A stretch of DNA of 64,000 bases from assembly GCF_006345805.1 (NCBI RefSeq), contig NC_043013.1, positions 47,554,001-47,618,000 on the forward strand. The letters are read 5' to 3'. Made by a program: the position numbers and the translations under genes. Source of the stretch: Octopus sinensis. Taxonomy: Eukaryota. Shown one piece after another: positions 12,899 to 25,528 of this stretch. Numbering within the stretch: the stretch's first letter is position 1; every line of letters starts with the position of its first letter. Under the pieces are notes generated by a model. It saw only the letters and a program-made list of their open reading frames with translations. It was not told the DNA's origin and did no database searches.

Positions 12899-13450
12899 AA
12901 AGAAAGGAAGGAAAAAGAAAGAAAAAAGAAAGAAAAAAGAAAGAAAGAAAGATAGAAAGGAAAAAAGAGAGAAAAAAAGAAACAAACAAACAAACAAACA
13001 AACAAACAAACAAAGAAGGAAAGAAATAAAGAAAGGAAGAAAAGAAAGAAAGAAAAAAGAAAGGAACGAAAAAGAAAGATTCTGCAAAGTATTTAATAAC
13101 ATTCACAACCAAGAGAAGAGTGGATATCTTATTCACATCCGAAAAGAAGAAAGAAAGGAAGAAAGGAAGAAAGAAAGAAAGGAAGAAAGAAGGAAAGAAA
13201 GATAGGAAAAAAGAAAGAAAGAAAGGAAAAAAGAAAGAAAGAAAAAAAGAAAGAAAGAAAGGAAGGAAAAAAGAAAGAAAAAAGAAAGAAAGAAAGAAAG
13301 GAAAAAAGAAAGGAAGAAAGAAAGAAGGGGAAGCGCCTTTTTTCTAAGATGGCTCTCATTGTATTTTTATGGTCAGTTGTTTCACAGCTGTTTGAAGTTA
13401 ATGACATTTCAAGATGTCATTTTTTGTTTTAGTTATTGTTTTGAAGACAC

Positions 13451-13500
<50 letters not shown>

Positions 13501-13663
13501 TCTTTCTCTCTCTACCTTTATGCATGAATGTGTGTGTGCAAGCATGTGTATGGTAGCTGAATATTCGGACAGACGGAGAAGAATTGGGAAGTAAAAAGAA
13601 AGACAAAATGAAAGAAAGAAACAATGAAATAAATAAATAGATAAATAAAGACAGGAAGAGGAC

Positions 13664-13703
<40 letters not shown>

Positions 13704-13750
13704 ACGAAAGAAAGAACGAAAGAAAGAAACGAAGGAAAGAAAGAAAGAAA
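12690..13750. repeat. Purine-rich (GAAA)n-type tracts with (CT)n and unique inserts
   Basis: Directly visible; gives the K/E/R and F/L/S pseudo-ORFs. Confidence 0.93.
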
Positions 13751-13968
13751 GTACCAGAGGCAGAGAGAAGGGATCCTGAAATGGTTTAAATTGTATTCAT
13801 ATGATCAACTTGTTGATGTTGCTGACAATTCGAGATGTCGATTTTGTTTTTTGTCATGGCCCTGAAGACATCTCTCTGTCTCTCTTCCTCTGATTATATA
13901 CATACTAGCATGTATGTAGATATACACATACGTACACTTACATATACACAATGCAATATATATGTATG

Positions 13969-14000
<32 letters not shown>

Positions 14001-14044
14001 ATATGCATGGAAAAAATAACCTTCAAAGGTAATAATTATTAAAT

Positions 14045-14243
14045 TTATAAATTAGGGTATCTACGGGATACCACTATGCTGAAAATAGCAGCCATGATCT
14101 GACTCTAAAATCACCTTAATTGTCCATATATCAACACGGAGTGAAAAGACATATTGATATATGGACAATTAAGGTGGGTTTAGAGTCAGATCATAGCTGC
14201 TATTTTCAGCATGGTGGTATCCCGTAGACACCCTAATTTATAA
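14045..14243. repeat. Fold-back inverted repeat, 90-bp arms, 19-nt spacer
   Basis: 14045-14134 is the reverse complement of 14154-14243 with about 5 mismatches; (TA)n on both sides. Confidence 0.95.
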
Positions 14244-14244
14244 T

Positions 14245-14297
<53 letters not shown>

Positions 14298-14682
14298 TTA
14301 TGTATATGGGTAAAAAATTAAGGAGTGCGTGCATTACATAAATAATATTTTCAGGATTAAATAAAAAGACAACAAACGGAAATTTTTTTTAATACGTGTA
14401 ATATATTAACAAACGAACATATACTAAATACACAGGTGAATAGAAAGCACAGAAAGTCGCCAATTCCTCATCAGTTATCAGCTAGAGAGGTCGAACGCAA
14501 TTTCAGAAATTATCAATAAGATTACTTCCACTTTGGAGCACCGGCAAGAAACTTACCGGGAATGGCACTAAAGCATAGCGAAAACGTGACCGCCAGTGGA
14601 AGGACGAGGGACAAAATAATAAACGATAAAGGTTTAGGGCCAGATGAAGACAACAATTAATAAAAAAAAGAATGATACATTA

Positions 14683-14851
14683 GGCGTAGGAGTGGCTGTG
14701 TGGCAAGTAGCTTGCTTACGAATCACATGGTTCCGGGTTCAGTCCCACTGCATTGCACCTTGGCCAAGTGTCTTATATTATAGCCTCGGGCCAACCAAAG
14801 CCTTGTGAGTGGATTTGGTAGACGGAAACTGAAAGAAGCCCATCGTATATA

Positions 14852-14888
<37 letters not shown>

Positions 14889-14985
14889 CTGTGTTTGTCG
14901 TCTCAATATCGCTTGACAACCGATGCTGGTGTGTTTACATCTCCGTAACTTAGCAGTTCGGCAAAAGAGACCGATATAATAAATA
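14683..14985 (+). mobile_element. SINE family B, 3'-truncated
   Basis: Head, ccgggttcagtccc B-box-like motif, ccttggccaagtgtc CORE-like block. Confidence 0.88.
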
Positions 14986-16041
14986 GGTATACAAGTTTGT
15001 ACGGATGTACACTCTCCCACGCGTGCACAAACACACACATATGTATGCACGTGTGTGCACATGCATATGTTTGTGTATATATACATGCATATATATGCGT
15101 GTGTGTGCTTGTATCTATATGACTGCATATATGCGTGTGTACTCATAGATGTGTCAATATAAGCGTATGGAAACTTGTATACGTATACACATTGAGATAT
15201 GTGTATGTATGTGAATGTGTGTGTGTGTGTGTGTGTGTAAGGTTGCATGTGCTAATGTATGTGTATATATGTGTGTACGTAGATGTAGGTGTGTATGTGT
15301 GTGTGGGTGTTTTTGTGTGTGTGTGTGTGCGCGCAGGTATGTGTGTGGATGTATGAATGCGTGTGTGTTTGCGCATAAGTGGCTGAATAAGGGCACACCA
15401 TGCCAACTATGAAAAGTGAACAAAATGGGCCGAAATCGAAAGATTCACAAAGGTCACCCTCTGACAATAACTCAACGTCATTTTGGCCACTCTCAAAAAT
15501 ATTCCATTTCTTTATTCCTAATAGACCAATCTCAATACCACCTTTTGTCATCTCACCTTCCACTTTTTTCGTCCTCTTTTCACCCCTTTATCCTTTTCTT
15601 CCTCCCCTCTTCCTTCTTTTTCACCCTCTTACACGTGCTGCTGCACCCATTCATTGTACTCCTCTACCATTTCTTATATTATTTTTTATATAAGTTCTCA
15701 CAATCTCCCCCCACCCCTTATTTTTCCATTTTTATCCTTCGTTTGCACACCTGTAAGAAAATCCTTCGCCACACAAACGACCTTCTAAACCACAGAATTT
15801 CAATTAAATTTAGGATAGCCATTGTTGCAAAGTTGTGACTTGTGTTAAAATATAAATCATCCCCCAAAAGCTATCCCCCACCTGAAATATATTATACTGT
15901 ATCAATAACCCCCTTACTATTCCATCACATACACACACACACACGCACATATATAGAAAGAGAGACGACAGACAGACAGACAGACAGACAGAGGGACGGA
16001 CAGACTGACAGACAGACAGACAGTCAAAGAGACAGACACAC

Positions 16042-16112
<71 letters not shown>

Positions 16113-16659
16113 CAGATAGGTAGACAGATATTGATCTATGCTAGTTTTAAAACTTGGGTGGCGGAGCTATGATTAAACTTAAAGTACTCAGTGTCATACG
16201 GTAGGAGAAATTATTCAAACTGCGCTACTTACATAACTAGTCATGTAGCTTTCAGTTTCGAAATCATCAGAGCGCAAATAAAAAGATTAAGTGTTATTGT
16301 GTGGACGGGTTAATATAATGCAGAGTATTCAGTAATGTCATAGAAGAGGATATGACACAAGCACTAACGAAGGTACTTGAATACTTCACCTTAAGATAGC
16401 GTTATGCAGAAGTAAGACAAAGAAGGAAGAAGACAAGTCAGGTTTAAAAATATTGTTTCTGATTTAAATTCAAGACGAACAGTTTTGTATGGATGGGGTT
16501 AATCGATTTAATCGATCTCAATACTTGATTAGCAAGGTATTTTGCATACTTGTAAGAAAAATATTTTGCTATATAAACAACCTTCTAAAGCACAGAATTT
16601 CAGTTTGAAAACGGATATCGAAAAGCCTCGAAACTCATTAGAGTAATTGTAAAGATTAT

Positions 16660-17249
16660 CTATTTCCTTACTACCCACAAGGGGCTAAACACAGAGGGGA
16701 CAAACAAGGACATACAAACGGATTAAGTCGATTACATCGACCCCAGTGCGTAACTGGTTCTTAATTTATCGATCCCGAAAGGATGAAAGGCAAAGTCGAC
16801 CTCGGCAGAATTTGAACTCAGAACGTAGAGGCAGACGAAATATCTATTTCTTTACTACCCACAAGGGGCTAAACACAGATGGGACGAACAAGGACAGACA
16901 AACGGATTAAGTCGATTACATTGACCCCAGTGCGTAACTGGCACTTAATTTATCGACCCCGAAAGGATGAAAGGCAAAGTTGACCTCGGCGCAATTTGAA
17001 CTCAGAACGTAGCGGCAGATGAAATACCTGTTTCTTTACTACCCACAAGGGGCTAAACACAGAGGGGACGAACAAGGACAGACAAACGGATTAAGTCGAT
17101 TACATCGACCCCAGTGCGTAACTGGTACTTTATTTATCGACCCCGAAAGGATGAAGGGCAAAGTTGACCTCGGCGCAATTTGAACTCAGACGTAGCGGCA
17201 GACGAAATGCCTGTTTCTTTACTACCCACAAGGGGCTAAACAAAGAGAA
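16660..17249 (-). mobile_element. Tandem array of 3.2 head-less SINE A units (period 183-184 bp) with TSD
   Basis: Unit boundaries at 16660, 16844, 17028, 17211; flanks taattgtaaagattatc (16644-16660) and taattgtaaacattatc (17250-17266). Confidence 0.93.
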
Positions 17250-17604
17250 TAATTGTAAACATTATCATTAAGGTAAAAATTATACCCCCAAAAGCCATCT
17301 GTACTCCTTTTTTCAGATATATATATATATATATATATATATGTGCGTGTGTGTTTGTGTGTGTACGTGTGTATGTGTGTGTGAGTGTGTGTATGTGTGT
17401 GTGTGAGTGTGTGTGTGTGTGTGTGTGTACTCGTGTTTGTGTTTGTCCTCTTACCATCGCTTGACAACCGATGGTAGTGTGTTAGCGTCCCCGTAAATTA
17501 GCGGTTCGGTAAAAGCGACCGATAGAATAAGTACTAGGCGAACATAAAAATGTTCGTCTTACCTCTAGGAAGAGCGCAGTATAAAAGGACAACCTCGAAT
17601 GGAT

Positions 17605-17680
17605 AACCTAGAAGTCGGGTTTCTGACTTTCCAGAATACGTTTGTTATTGTAAATCTGGTTAGTCTTCTTCAGTTAGGTT
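17605..17680 (-). ncRNA. Degenerate type I hammerhead-like motif with long helix II
   Basis: Minus: aacctaa CTGAAGA agact-aa-ccaga..tctgg-aa-agtca GAAA cccgac TT ctaggtt. Helices I and II pair; helix III is degenerate. Confidence 0.5.
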
Positions 17681-17773
17681 CACCGAAGACGAAATTTAAA
17701 ATATCCGCTACATCAATGCCGGCTGAACACCTAGCCATATAGAGAACCGAGATCAGTGAAAAAGTTTTACATA

Positions 17774-18168
17774 TCTTTATATATAAAAGTGAAGTTCTGT
17801 GTCTGTCTCCTACGATTTAGATTCCTTACTCCCACATTTTGCGGTGCAGTTTAACCAAAAGCGGGTATCTTATAGTCGTGATTCATATCGAGCCCTTCTG
17901 GGCATTAGCGTGCGTCTACGATGAGTCTACGATTTAAAAAAAAATTTACCATAATTTTTTCCCATTTTTAATCCATTTTTTTTTTGCAATTATATAAGGG
18001 AAGTAACTCTCTAAAAATGTATTATTAAATCTCAGAACGTAAAAAGCTACAGTAATATCCCCTTTTGTGGTTAGCCATATTGAGATGGCTATTATACTTT
18101 ACATCTCTAAAAATGCTTATATAGTTATTTCCCTTACAAACCCGAGCAACGCCGGGCGATACTGCTAG
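17774..18168 (+). mobile_element. Non-autonomous Helitron
   Basis: A|TCtttatatataaaag 5' end; subterminal hairpin cccgagcaacgccggg (18141-18156); 3' CTAG|T; sits between A and T with no TSD. Confidence 0.88.
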
Positions 18169-18512
18169 TAAATTATAAATATTATTGTAGCACAATAGTA
18201 TTATTTTCCAGTGAAATAAAACAACGTAAAGGTAGAATTATAAATAGGAAATAGTGGCAGAACAAGGCACAAATGTTTGCTGGAAATAGCAGTCGATAAC
18301 TGTACGATGCACTGAATGTATGCAGGCAAAGATGCGTGCGGGCAGTGAACATAAAGAATTTTCGTCTTGCCGCTACGAAGAACGCAGGATAAAGGGACAA
18401 CCTAGTTTGAGCTCAAGAGTTGCTGCCACACTGGGACACCGCTGTCACATACCCACATACATATACAAACACATCCATCCACCCATCCATTCACACATAT
18501 CTTCCTTTTAAT

Positions 18513-19112
18513 TTTTACTTGTTTCAGTTATCAGACTTCTGCCCTTTTTTGGCAGCGCCTTGAAGAATTTTAGTCGAATGAATCGACCCCATTACTTATT
18601 TATTTCTTTACTACCCACAAGAGGCTAAACGCAGAGGGGACAAACAAGGACAGACAAACGGATTAAGTCGATTTCACTGACCCCAGTGCGTAACTGGTAC
18701 TTAATTTATCGACCCCGAAGGGATGAAAGGCAAAGTCGACCTCGGCGGAATTTGAACCCAGAGCGTAACGGCAAACGAAATACGGCTATGCACTTCGCCC
18801 GGTGTGTTAACGTTTCTGCCAGCTCGCCCCAGTACTTATTTTTAAGCTTAGTGCTTACTCCAGCTGTCCCTCAGCCGAACCGCTAAGTTACAGTGAAGAA
18901 AGGAGGAACGAACGCAGACACAAACAAAGACAAACACGCATAGATACATACATATACAAAGAGCTTCTTTCAATTTCCGCCTACCAAATCCGCTCAAAAG
19001 ACCTTGGTCAACCCTATACTATAGTAGAAGACACAGCCCCAAGGTGGCACGCAGTGGGACTGAGCCCGGAACCATGTATTGGGAAGCAAACGTTTTGTCA
19101 CACAGCCACGCC
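18513..19112 (-). mobile_element. Older SINE B copy carrying a nested SINE A (18601-18829)
   Basis: SINE A flanked by an approximate TSD cccca(t/g)tacttattt inside the SINE B body. Confidence 0.85.
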
Positions 19113-19513
19113 TGGGTCTATATATTTATATCTATGTCTATCTGTTTGGCTGCCACTTTTCAATTTCCTCAACTTTTGTTCCATTTCATTTCATATTTCC
19201 CGTATTTGTGGATTCTTGCAATGCAAAAGAAATTGTTGGTTTCACCAATATAATTTTCCTCACAATTCGGGCAGGTTATGCAGTATATGAGATTATGTGT
19301 CTTGCAATTCAAATTAGCTGTTGTGTTAGCTACTGCTGATGATGCGGTGTTAAACAGAGGAGCGGGCTTGTTGTGTCTATTAATATAGGTTGTTTGATTG
19401 GACTGCTAGTTGACATGACTAGCGGTGGATTGGGGGCGAATGGGAGGTGATTTTTGAGCGGAGCGTCGACAAGTTGGAACTAACATAGCTAAGATATAGC
19501 AATTTACAGCAAC

Positions 19514-19947
19514 ATTTTCCCAATTTAAACAGATCAGATGCTAGAGCACAACAGATCGAACCTAGTGGTGGTGGACAAAGGAGCACCACTTATGCTATAT
19601 AGTTGATGTTTCATGCCCCTTTCAACCACGAAAAGTCAAGAAGGTGAAAAGATAGATAGATACAATACTCTTAAGTACGAAATAGCCCGGCTATGGAGCA
19701 TGAAGGTGAAGATAGTGCCAATTATTGTCGGGTCCTTAGGAACAGTATCAGAAGGCATCAAGAGGAATATAAAGGAAATTGGAATAGAGTGCCCAGTAGG
19801 ATTGTTCCAAATGTTTGTCTCCTTGGTACGCCCAGAATAGTCAGGAATGTACTAGATAGCTAAACAGAACGAATAGCATGGTATCGGAGGCTGCAGTTAG
19901 TTAACCCGCTATGCATGCAAGACTCCAGGAGCTCCAACAAAACCAGT
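19514..19947 (+). mobile_element. 3' fragment of R4/Dong-type non-LTR retrotransposon (restriction-like endonuclease)
   Basis: TDQMLEHNRSNLVVVDK..CYIVDVSCPF..EKIDRYNTLKYEIARLWSMKVKIVPIIVGSLGTV matches the RLE PD..D domain; followed directly by (TAA)n at ~19948-20040. Confidence 0.85.
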
Positions 19948-19991
19948 GATAAATAATAATAATAATAACAATAATGATAATAATAATAATG

Positions 19992-20039
<48 letters not shown>

Positions 20040-20040
<1 letters not shown>

Positions 20041-20490
20041 TGGTTTCAAAGTTTGGCACAAGTCCTGAAATTTCGAGGGAGGAAAAGCATTTAAATCACT
20101 GTCGGTGATAAACAGGTACTTTTTTTATCGACCCCGACAGGATGCGAGGCCAAGTCGATCTCGACCGATTACATCGACCCCAATGCTGGAATTTGAATTT
20201 AGAGCGTAAAGCAAGAAGATACGCTGCTAAATATTTCGTCCGGAGTCCTAAGGATTTTGCCTTGTCACAACCTTAATCATTTCTACTGCAGGCATAAGGC
20301 CTTAAATTTTGTGGGACGGTGATAACCGATTACAGAGACCCTAGTGCTTGAGTGGTATTTATTTCATCGACACCGAGAGGATGAAAGGCAAGGTCGACCA
20401 CGGCGGAATTTGAACTCAAAGCGTAATGACGGAAGAAATGCCCCAAAACACTTTATCCGGCATGCTAAATCTTCTACCAGGTCATCGCCT
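20040..20490 (-). mobile_element. Two diverged SINE A copies
   Basis: ttatcgacccc..ggatg..gtcga and ggcggaatttgaactc blocks. Confidence 0.72.
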
Positions 20491-22206
20491 TGAAACTAAC
20501 GATGATAATGGTAATATACTTTCGAATGTTTCGAAAATCCTTACCCTCTGTAAGAAAGAAAGTCATCAATAGAATTCCTGACTTTGCCTCAAACATGGCT
20601 ATAACTAACCAGTTCTAAGTGTGATTCTTCTTTCCCTAAAGACATCCAGAGATCATAGCCCCGCTTAGAAATTTCATTGACTAGATCCTAAGAAAGTATT
20701 ACTTGAACTCGATCTTGAAAGCACCATCTTATGTAATTTAGCTAACATTTCTGTTTCTGTTGACCATCATATATATTCCTCAAACTGTTAGCCGCTCCAA
20801 ATGAGCTGCTATGCAACGTTTTTCTCAGTGAATACGTCTTATATCTGTTATATTGTTCTTTCCATGAATATGGATGATATGGAAAGTAATTATCCCCAAT
20901 ATTATTTTACGTGATACTGGGAGTGGAACAGTCGTACTCCTTGTGTAAATATAATTTTCTTTGGAAGATGAATTTGTGCGAGAAGATAAAATAGTTCGGA
21001 AAGTATTTGAATGCATTTATTTTTTAAACTGATGCGTTCACCAAATGTCTGTCTTGATCTATTTACAGTTTTGTCAAAATAATTTCGTAAAGATACGATG
21101 TAACAATGTCTCTAAGTAGATAGTTTCAGACGACCACGTTTTCCATACTATAAAAATATAAGGATTATTAAAACGATTAAACAATTGTAAATGAAGTGAT
21201 TCTCAGTTTCGCAATATTTTATCGGAAATCCGATGACCATATTTGATACAAACTGCAAAGTAAAACATACATACTTTCATACATAACGTATAAATACGCA
21301 TACAAACACTTATACGTAGAAATGCATATAAAGAGACACGCATAAAGCTCGCAAACACATACAAACACACATATTTGCATACATACGTGCATACGTATAT
21401 GCATCCATGGGTACATACGTTCTTAGCCCTACTGTTTGTAAAGTTGAAATATGAAATATTTCAATATCACTAGGTTATTATCTTTACAAAAAAATGTATT
21501 TCATATTAAGAAAAGAGTTTAAAAACCTGCTTTTCATTCTCTTATTACTATGGATATAGTGAATACATCTGAACCTTCCCTTTTTATATATCTTTTATCG
21601 GGGAGATCTTAAGTCAGATAGGCTGACGGCGTTTTACTGTCTCATTTTCATCAATTCTTATGAGCAATATGCATGTATACATGCCTATATATATATACAT
21701 ACATATATATATAATATATATATATACGTACAAAGAAACATATATACATATACGCATATAGGCATACATGTACGTATGTGCGTATTCACATGTAGATATA
21801 TGTATATGTTACGTAATCCCAGTTTTTGCATATTAGCACAAAAGTATATTTGTCGCGCCATATATGCGTATACTTGGTTACATCTATGCTTTTGTTGGCG
21901 TGACTAACTATACATAGTTATCTCTCCGTATGAATACTGGCATCAGACTATACTGGTGTATAATCTTCATTTCTACTGCTATTACCTCAAAGAGATATGC
22001 GTATAATATGCACCTCTGTATGTCTGTGTTTGTCTGCTCGTTAAAGTCTGTCTTTTGCATTTTAGAATTTATGTATATGTTTATGATACGTTTATACATG
22101 TGATTATGTATGCATATGTCGGCATGGAATGTTATCTATGATGTATTAAATTTATAAGATCAAGAGGCCTTCAAATCAAGTAAGCTGAGTTCTGATTTGT
22201 GCATAG

Positions 22207-22260
<54 letters not shown>

Positions 22261-22386
22261 GAGAGAGATAGATGCATATGTGTGTGTATGCGTGCATGTG
22301 TGTGTGTATGCATGGTTGTGTATACTAGTGTATATATATATATATGTGTGTATGTGTGTACATATGTATACACACACACACACATG

Positions 22387-22419
<33 letters not shown>

Positions 22420-23212
22420 GCTGCTTTTCCCGACTAGTGAGGCTTCACTCAGATTGTTCAATGTTTCATATCTGTATTTTTCTTTCTTTCGTTTCTTTCT
22501 TTCTTTTTTTTTTTTTTTTTTGAGTAATCAATCAGAAAAATCTTGCCAAATTCCATCTCACCTTTATCTTTCTTCTCATCAGCTGCACGGCCCTTCAACG
22601 CTTCGTCGGTGATGCGGTTCCCGATTATCACTCATTCACTCTTCATCATAACTGATACGCTTATCAATTCTGATCCTGATTTCCCAAGTGGTTTTTGCTT
22701 ATTTCATATAACCTTTTTCCTGAAAGAAGAAAAAAAAAATTTCAACGAAAATCTTTAAACAAAAACAGGGCAAGAAACTTTAAATTTACATAATTTTTCT
22801 AATTGGTTTACTTTCTCTTTTCGCTTTCTATTTATTGCGTTGCTTTAGTTTTCTAAATATTAGCGTATTAATTACTATGCCCGAGAAAAATATGAAGCTC
22901 AAGCACAATAAAGGTACTCTCTCTTTCTCTCTTTCTGTCGCGCTGTCACATTCTCTCTCTCTCCCTCACTATATACACACACAAACACACACATACACGC
23001 ACACATACACACGCGCACACACACATACACACAAATAAATGTATAATGTTAAATCATATAATATAATATAATATATATATATATGCATGTATATATGCAC
23101 ACGCAAGTGTATATATACGTACACATATTGCATGTATATTTATGCTTATGTATATATATATGTATATAAATGCCACCATGTTAGTACACACTCACACACA
23201 TATACTTACACA

Positions 23213-23253
<41 letters not shown>

Positions 23254-23769
23254 ATGTATGTATGTATGTATGTATATGTATATGCGGTGACTGTAGATGG
23301 GAAAGTGCATAGCACTCTTCAAAGATTACGGTATGTATTTATTTGTGTACATGAAGAATTATAGAGTCAAGTTATGAAGAAAACTCAAATTCAGATTGGA
23401 TCCATCAGCTTGGATCCATCAAGTCACGGTCATGACGCATCAAAAATTATTTTGGTTTTATATGCATTCTATAGTCTTCAATTAACAACTCAACTTATGT
23501 CTTGTCTTTAATTCACCGTTCATATAATTTTTTTATGCATATTTTTACATTCTTTAGGGTTCCTTGTTACGGCTAGCAACATCATACAGTAGTGGCTTAC
23601 GTAATTTTTGTGTATTTTGCGCGAAAGCTATGTGAAATTAAACGAAGTCTGAAAGAAATTAATTGATATTACTACCAGAAATATTTCACAAGCTATACGA
23701 AAATGCACGTTTTTGTGAATTGAACGTGTTGGAAAAAACATTTTCAATTTGAAAATACCTGATTCTCTT

Positions 23770-24340
23770 TTGGAAGCCACGCTCGGCAGTCCTTGGCTAT
23801 TGATCTTTTCACAGTTGACTTATGTGTGGCAAGCTATGAAATTACTGGGAAATGGAAGTGTGGATAACTTCAGCTCATCCTAACGGCTGACTTGCTGAGG
23901 ATCATAAATGCGAACGAGTCGCTGCAGTTTGTACAAGTCTACCGAAATGGTGCATTAGGAAAAATTCAGGTGATACCTGTCAGACAACTGGAACTTGCTG
24001 CACATGCTTACAGAACATACCTTTCACTCCCATCGGCCGCTTCCACGTATTCCCTGTGTGCGTCCAAGATGTCATTCGAACAGTCCACTTATGATAACGA
24101 ATGACATGCGTCGAGGAATGTCTGTAGACGTATAAAGGAATTAATACGCCCAGCTCATATTAAGGCGTACACACCATTTGTCTGGAAGCAGCACCGTCGC
24201 CTTTCCTGCCATCTGTTTATCCAGAGCCGCCGAGTTTTCTTTCGTGTGTAGGGAGATGGCGTTTACTTCAAATTCCACGCTTTTCCGAAACAACGTTGTT
24301 GCATCATTGGGTCTGAGTCAACTGGAAAAGACGTGTGCCT
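23770..24340 (-). pseudogene. Highly decayed BEL/Pao LTR-retrotransposon pol fragment (possibly extending to ~25520)
   Basis: Collinear degenerate minus-strand motifs QRCFGKAWN (cf. LG..WN), KATVLL..RLNMSW (cf. KILLQ..L.WD), TIS-RLVQTAAT (cf. TIPRLEL.AA); many frameshifts. Confidence 0.4.
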
Positions 24341-24521
24341 ACCCCGTAGTCAGCTAAAACGAAGAGGAGCGACTGTCTCTTAGAAACTTTTACTGACCTG
24401 AGTCTCTTGGGTACATGCCATGGTATGCTTCTACAGTGACCACAGGTATGTATTAATAAAATACGGATGCATCCGAAAATAAAGGTTCGTATGCGTCTGA
24501 AACAAAACAAAAATAAATATA

Positions 24522-24833
24522 AGTCCCACTGCGTGGCACCTTGGGCAAGTGTCTTCTGCTATAGCCCCGGGCCGACCAATGCCTTGTGAGTGGATTTGGC
24601 AGACGGAAACTGAAAAAAGCCTGTCGTATATATGTATATGTATGCATGTGTGTGTATGTGTTTGTGTGTCTGTGTTTGTCCCCCTAGCATTGCTTGACAA
24701 CCGATGCTGGTGTGTTTATGTCCCCGTTACTTAAGAATAAGTCCCGGGGTCGAGTTGCTCGATTAAATGCGGTGCTCCAGCATGACCGCAGTCAAATGAC
24801 TGAAACAAGTAAAAAGAGTAAAAGAGTAAAGAG
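24522..24833 (+). mobile_element. SINE family B, 5'-truncated
   Basis: agtcccactgcgtggcaccttgggcaagtg..aaacaagtaaaaagag. Confidence 0.88.
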
Positions 24834-25528
24834 TATCATCGCTAATCGTAACTAAACCACGATTAATACACCGACAAGTGTTTAAGACGTTTTGCCCAAA
24901 TCAAACAGTTTCCTCCAAACTAAAAGGACTTTATCCGGAACTAACGAGAACAAAACTGCACTTAACAACGGCAAACTTAGTAGAAATATGCTGTTCTTAT
25001 TTTGAACTACATTGTTCAAAACAAGTGCAGCATGCAAATAATCTGTGGAAGCTTTAAGTACAGAAATAGCCCCGATGCTGCAAAATCACCGCTAAATATA
25101 TTCCGGAGCCTGTGTGTATAGAGTGTTGACGATAGCATAAAACTGTAACACTCAAGTCCGAAAGCTGAACCACAGTACAATGTCAGCATATCAATGGTGC
25201 ATAAACATTATGGAGTGTTACATCTGAGAGGGGACAGTGTTAGCTAGAGTTCTGGTGGTCACTTTAAATGTTAAGTTCTGTTGTCACCGACTGTCTTCCC
25301 TGGCAAAAGGTTTCCTTTAACAGAGGAAGAAATACCCATGAAAGATTACCGATTCTTTTGAGGGTCAGAAAATACTCGAGTTCCAAATAATTGTTGGCAC
25401 AAGGTAAAGCTTAAATCGGACCCACAGTGAAGTATCGTGTAGAAGTAGCATCTAGAACGATCCGGTTTCTGTATAAACAGGCATCCTAGATTGCATCCAA
25501 AGAAAGGCCATTTGGCTGATTGGTATAA

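Noticed and set aside
13380-13880. Diverged ~70-bp direct repeat pair
   Set aside because: Probably an old local duplication; no further structure visible
14335-14490. Hammerhead on the minus strand (CTGATGA..GAAAATATTA)
   Set aside because: The boxes are ~115 nt apart, and helices I and II pair poorly
16245-16276. Minus-strand CTGATGA-tttc-GAAA
   Set aside because: No UH cleavage site or helix III, and only 3 bp of helix I
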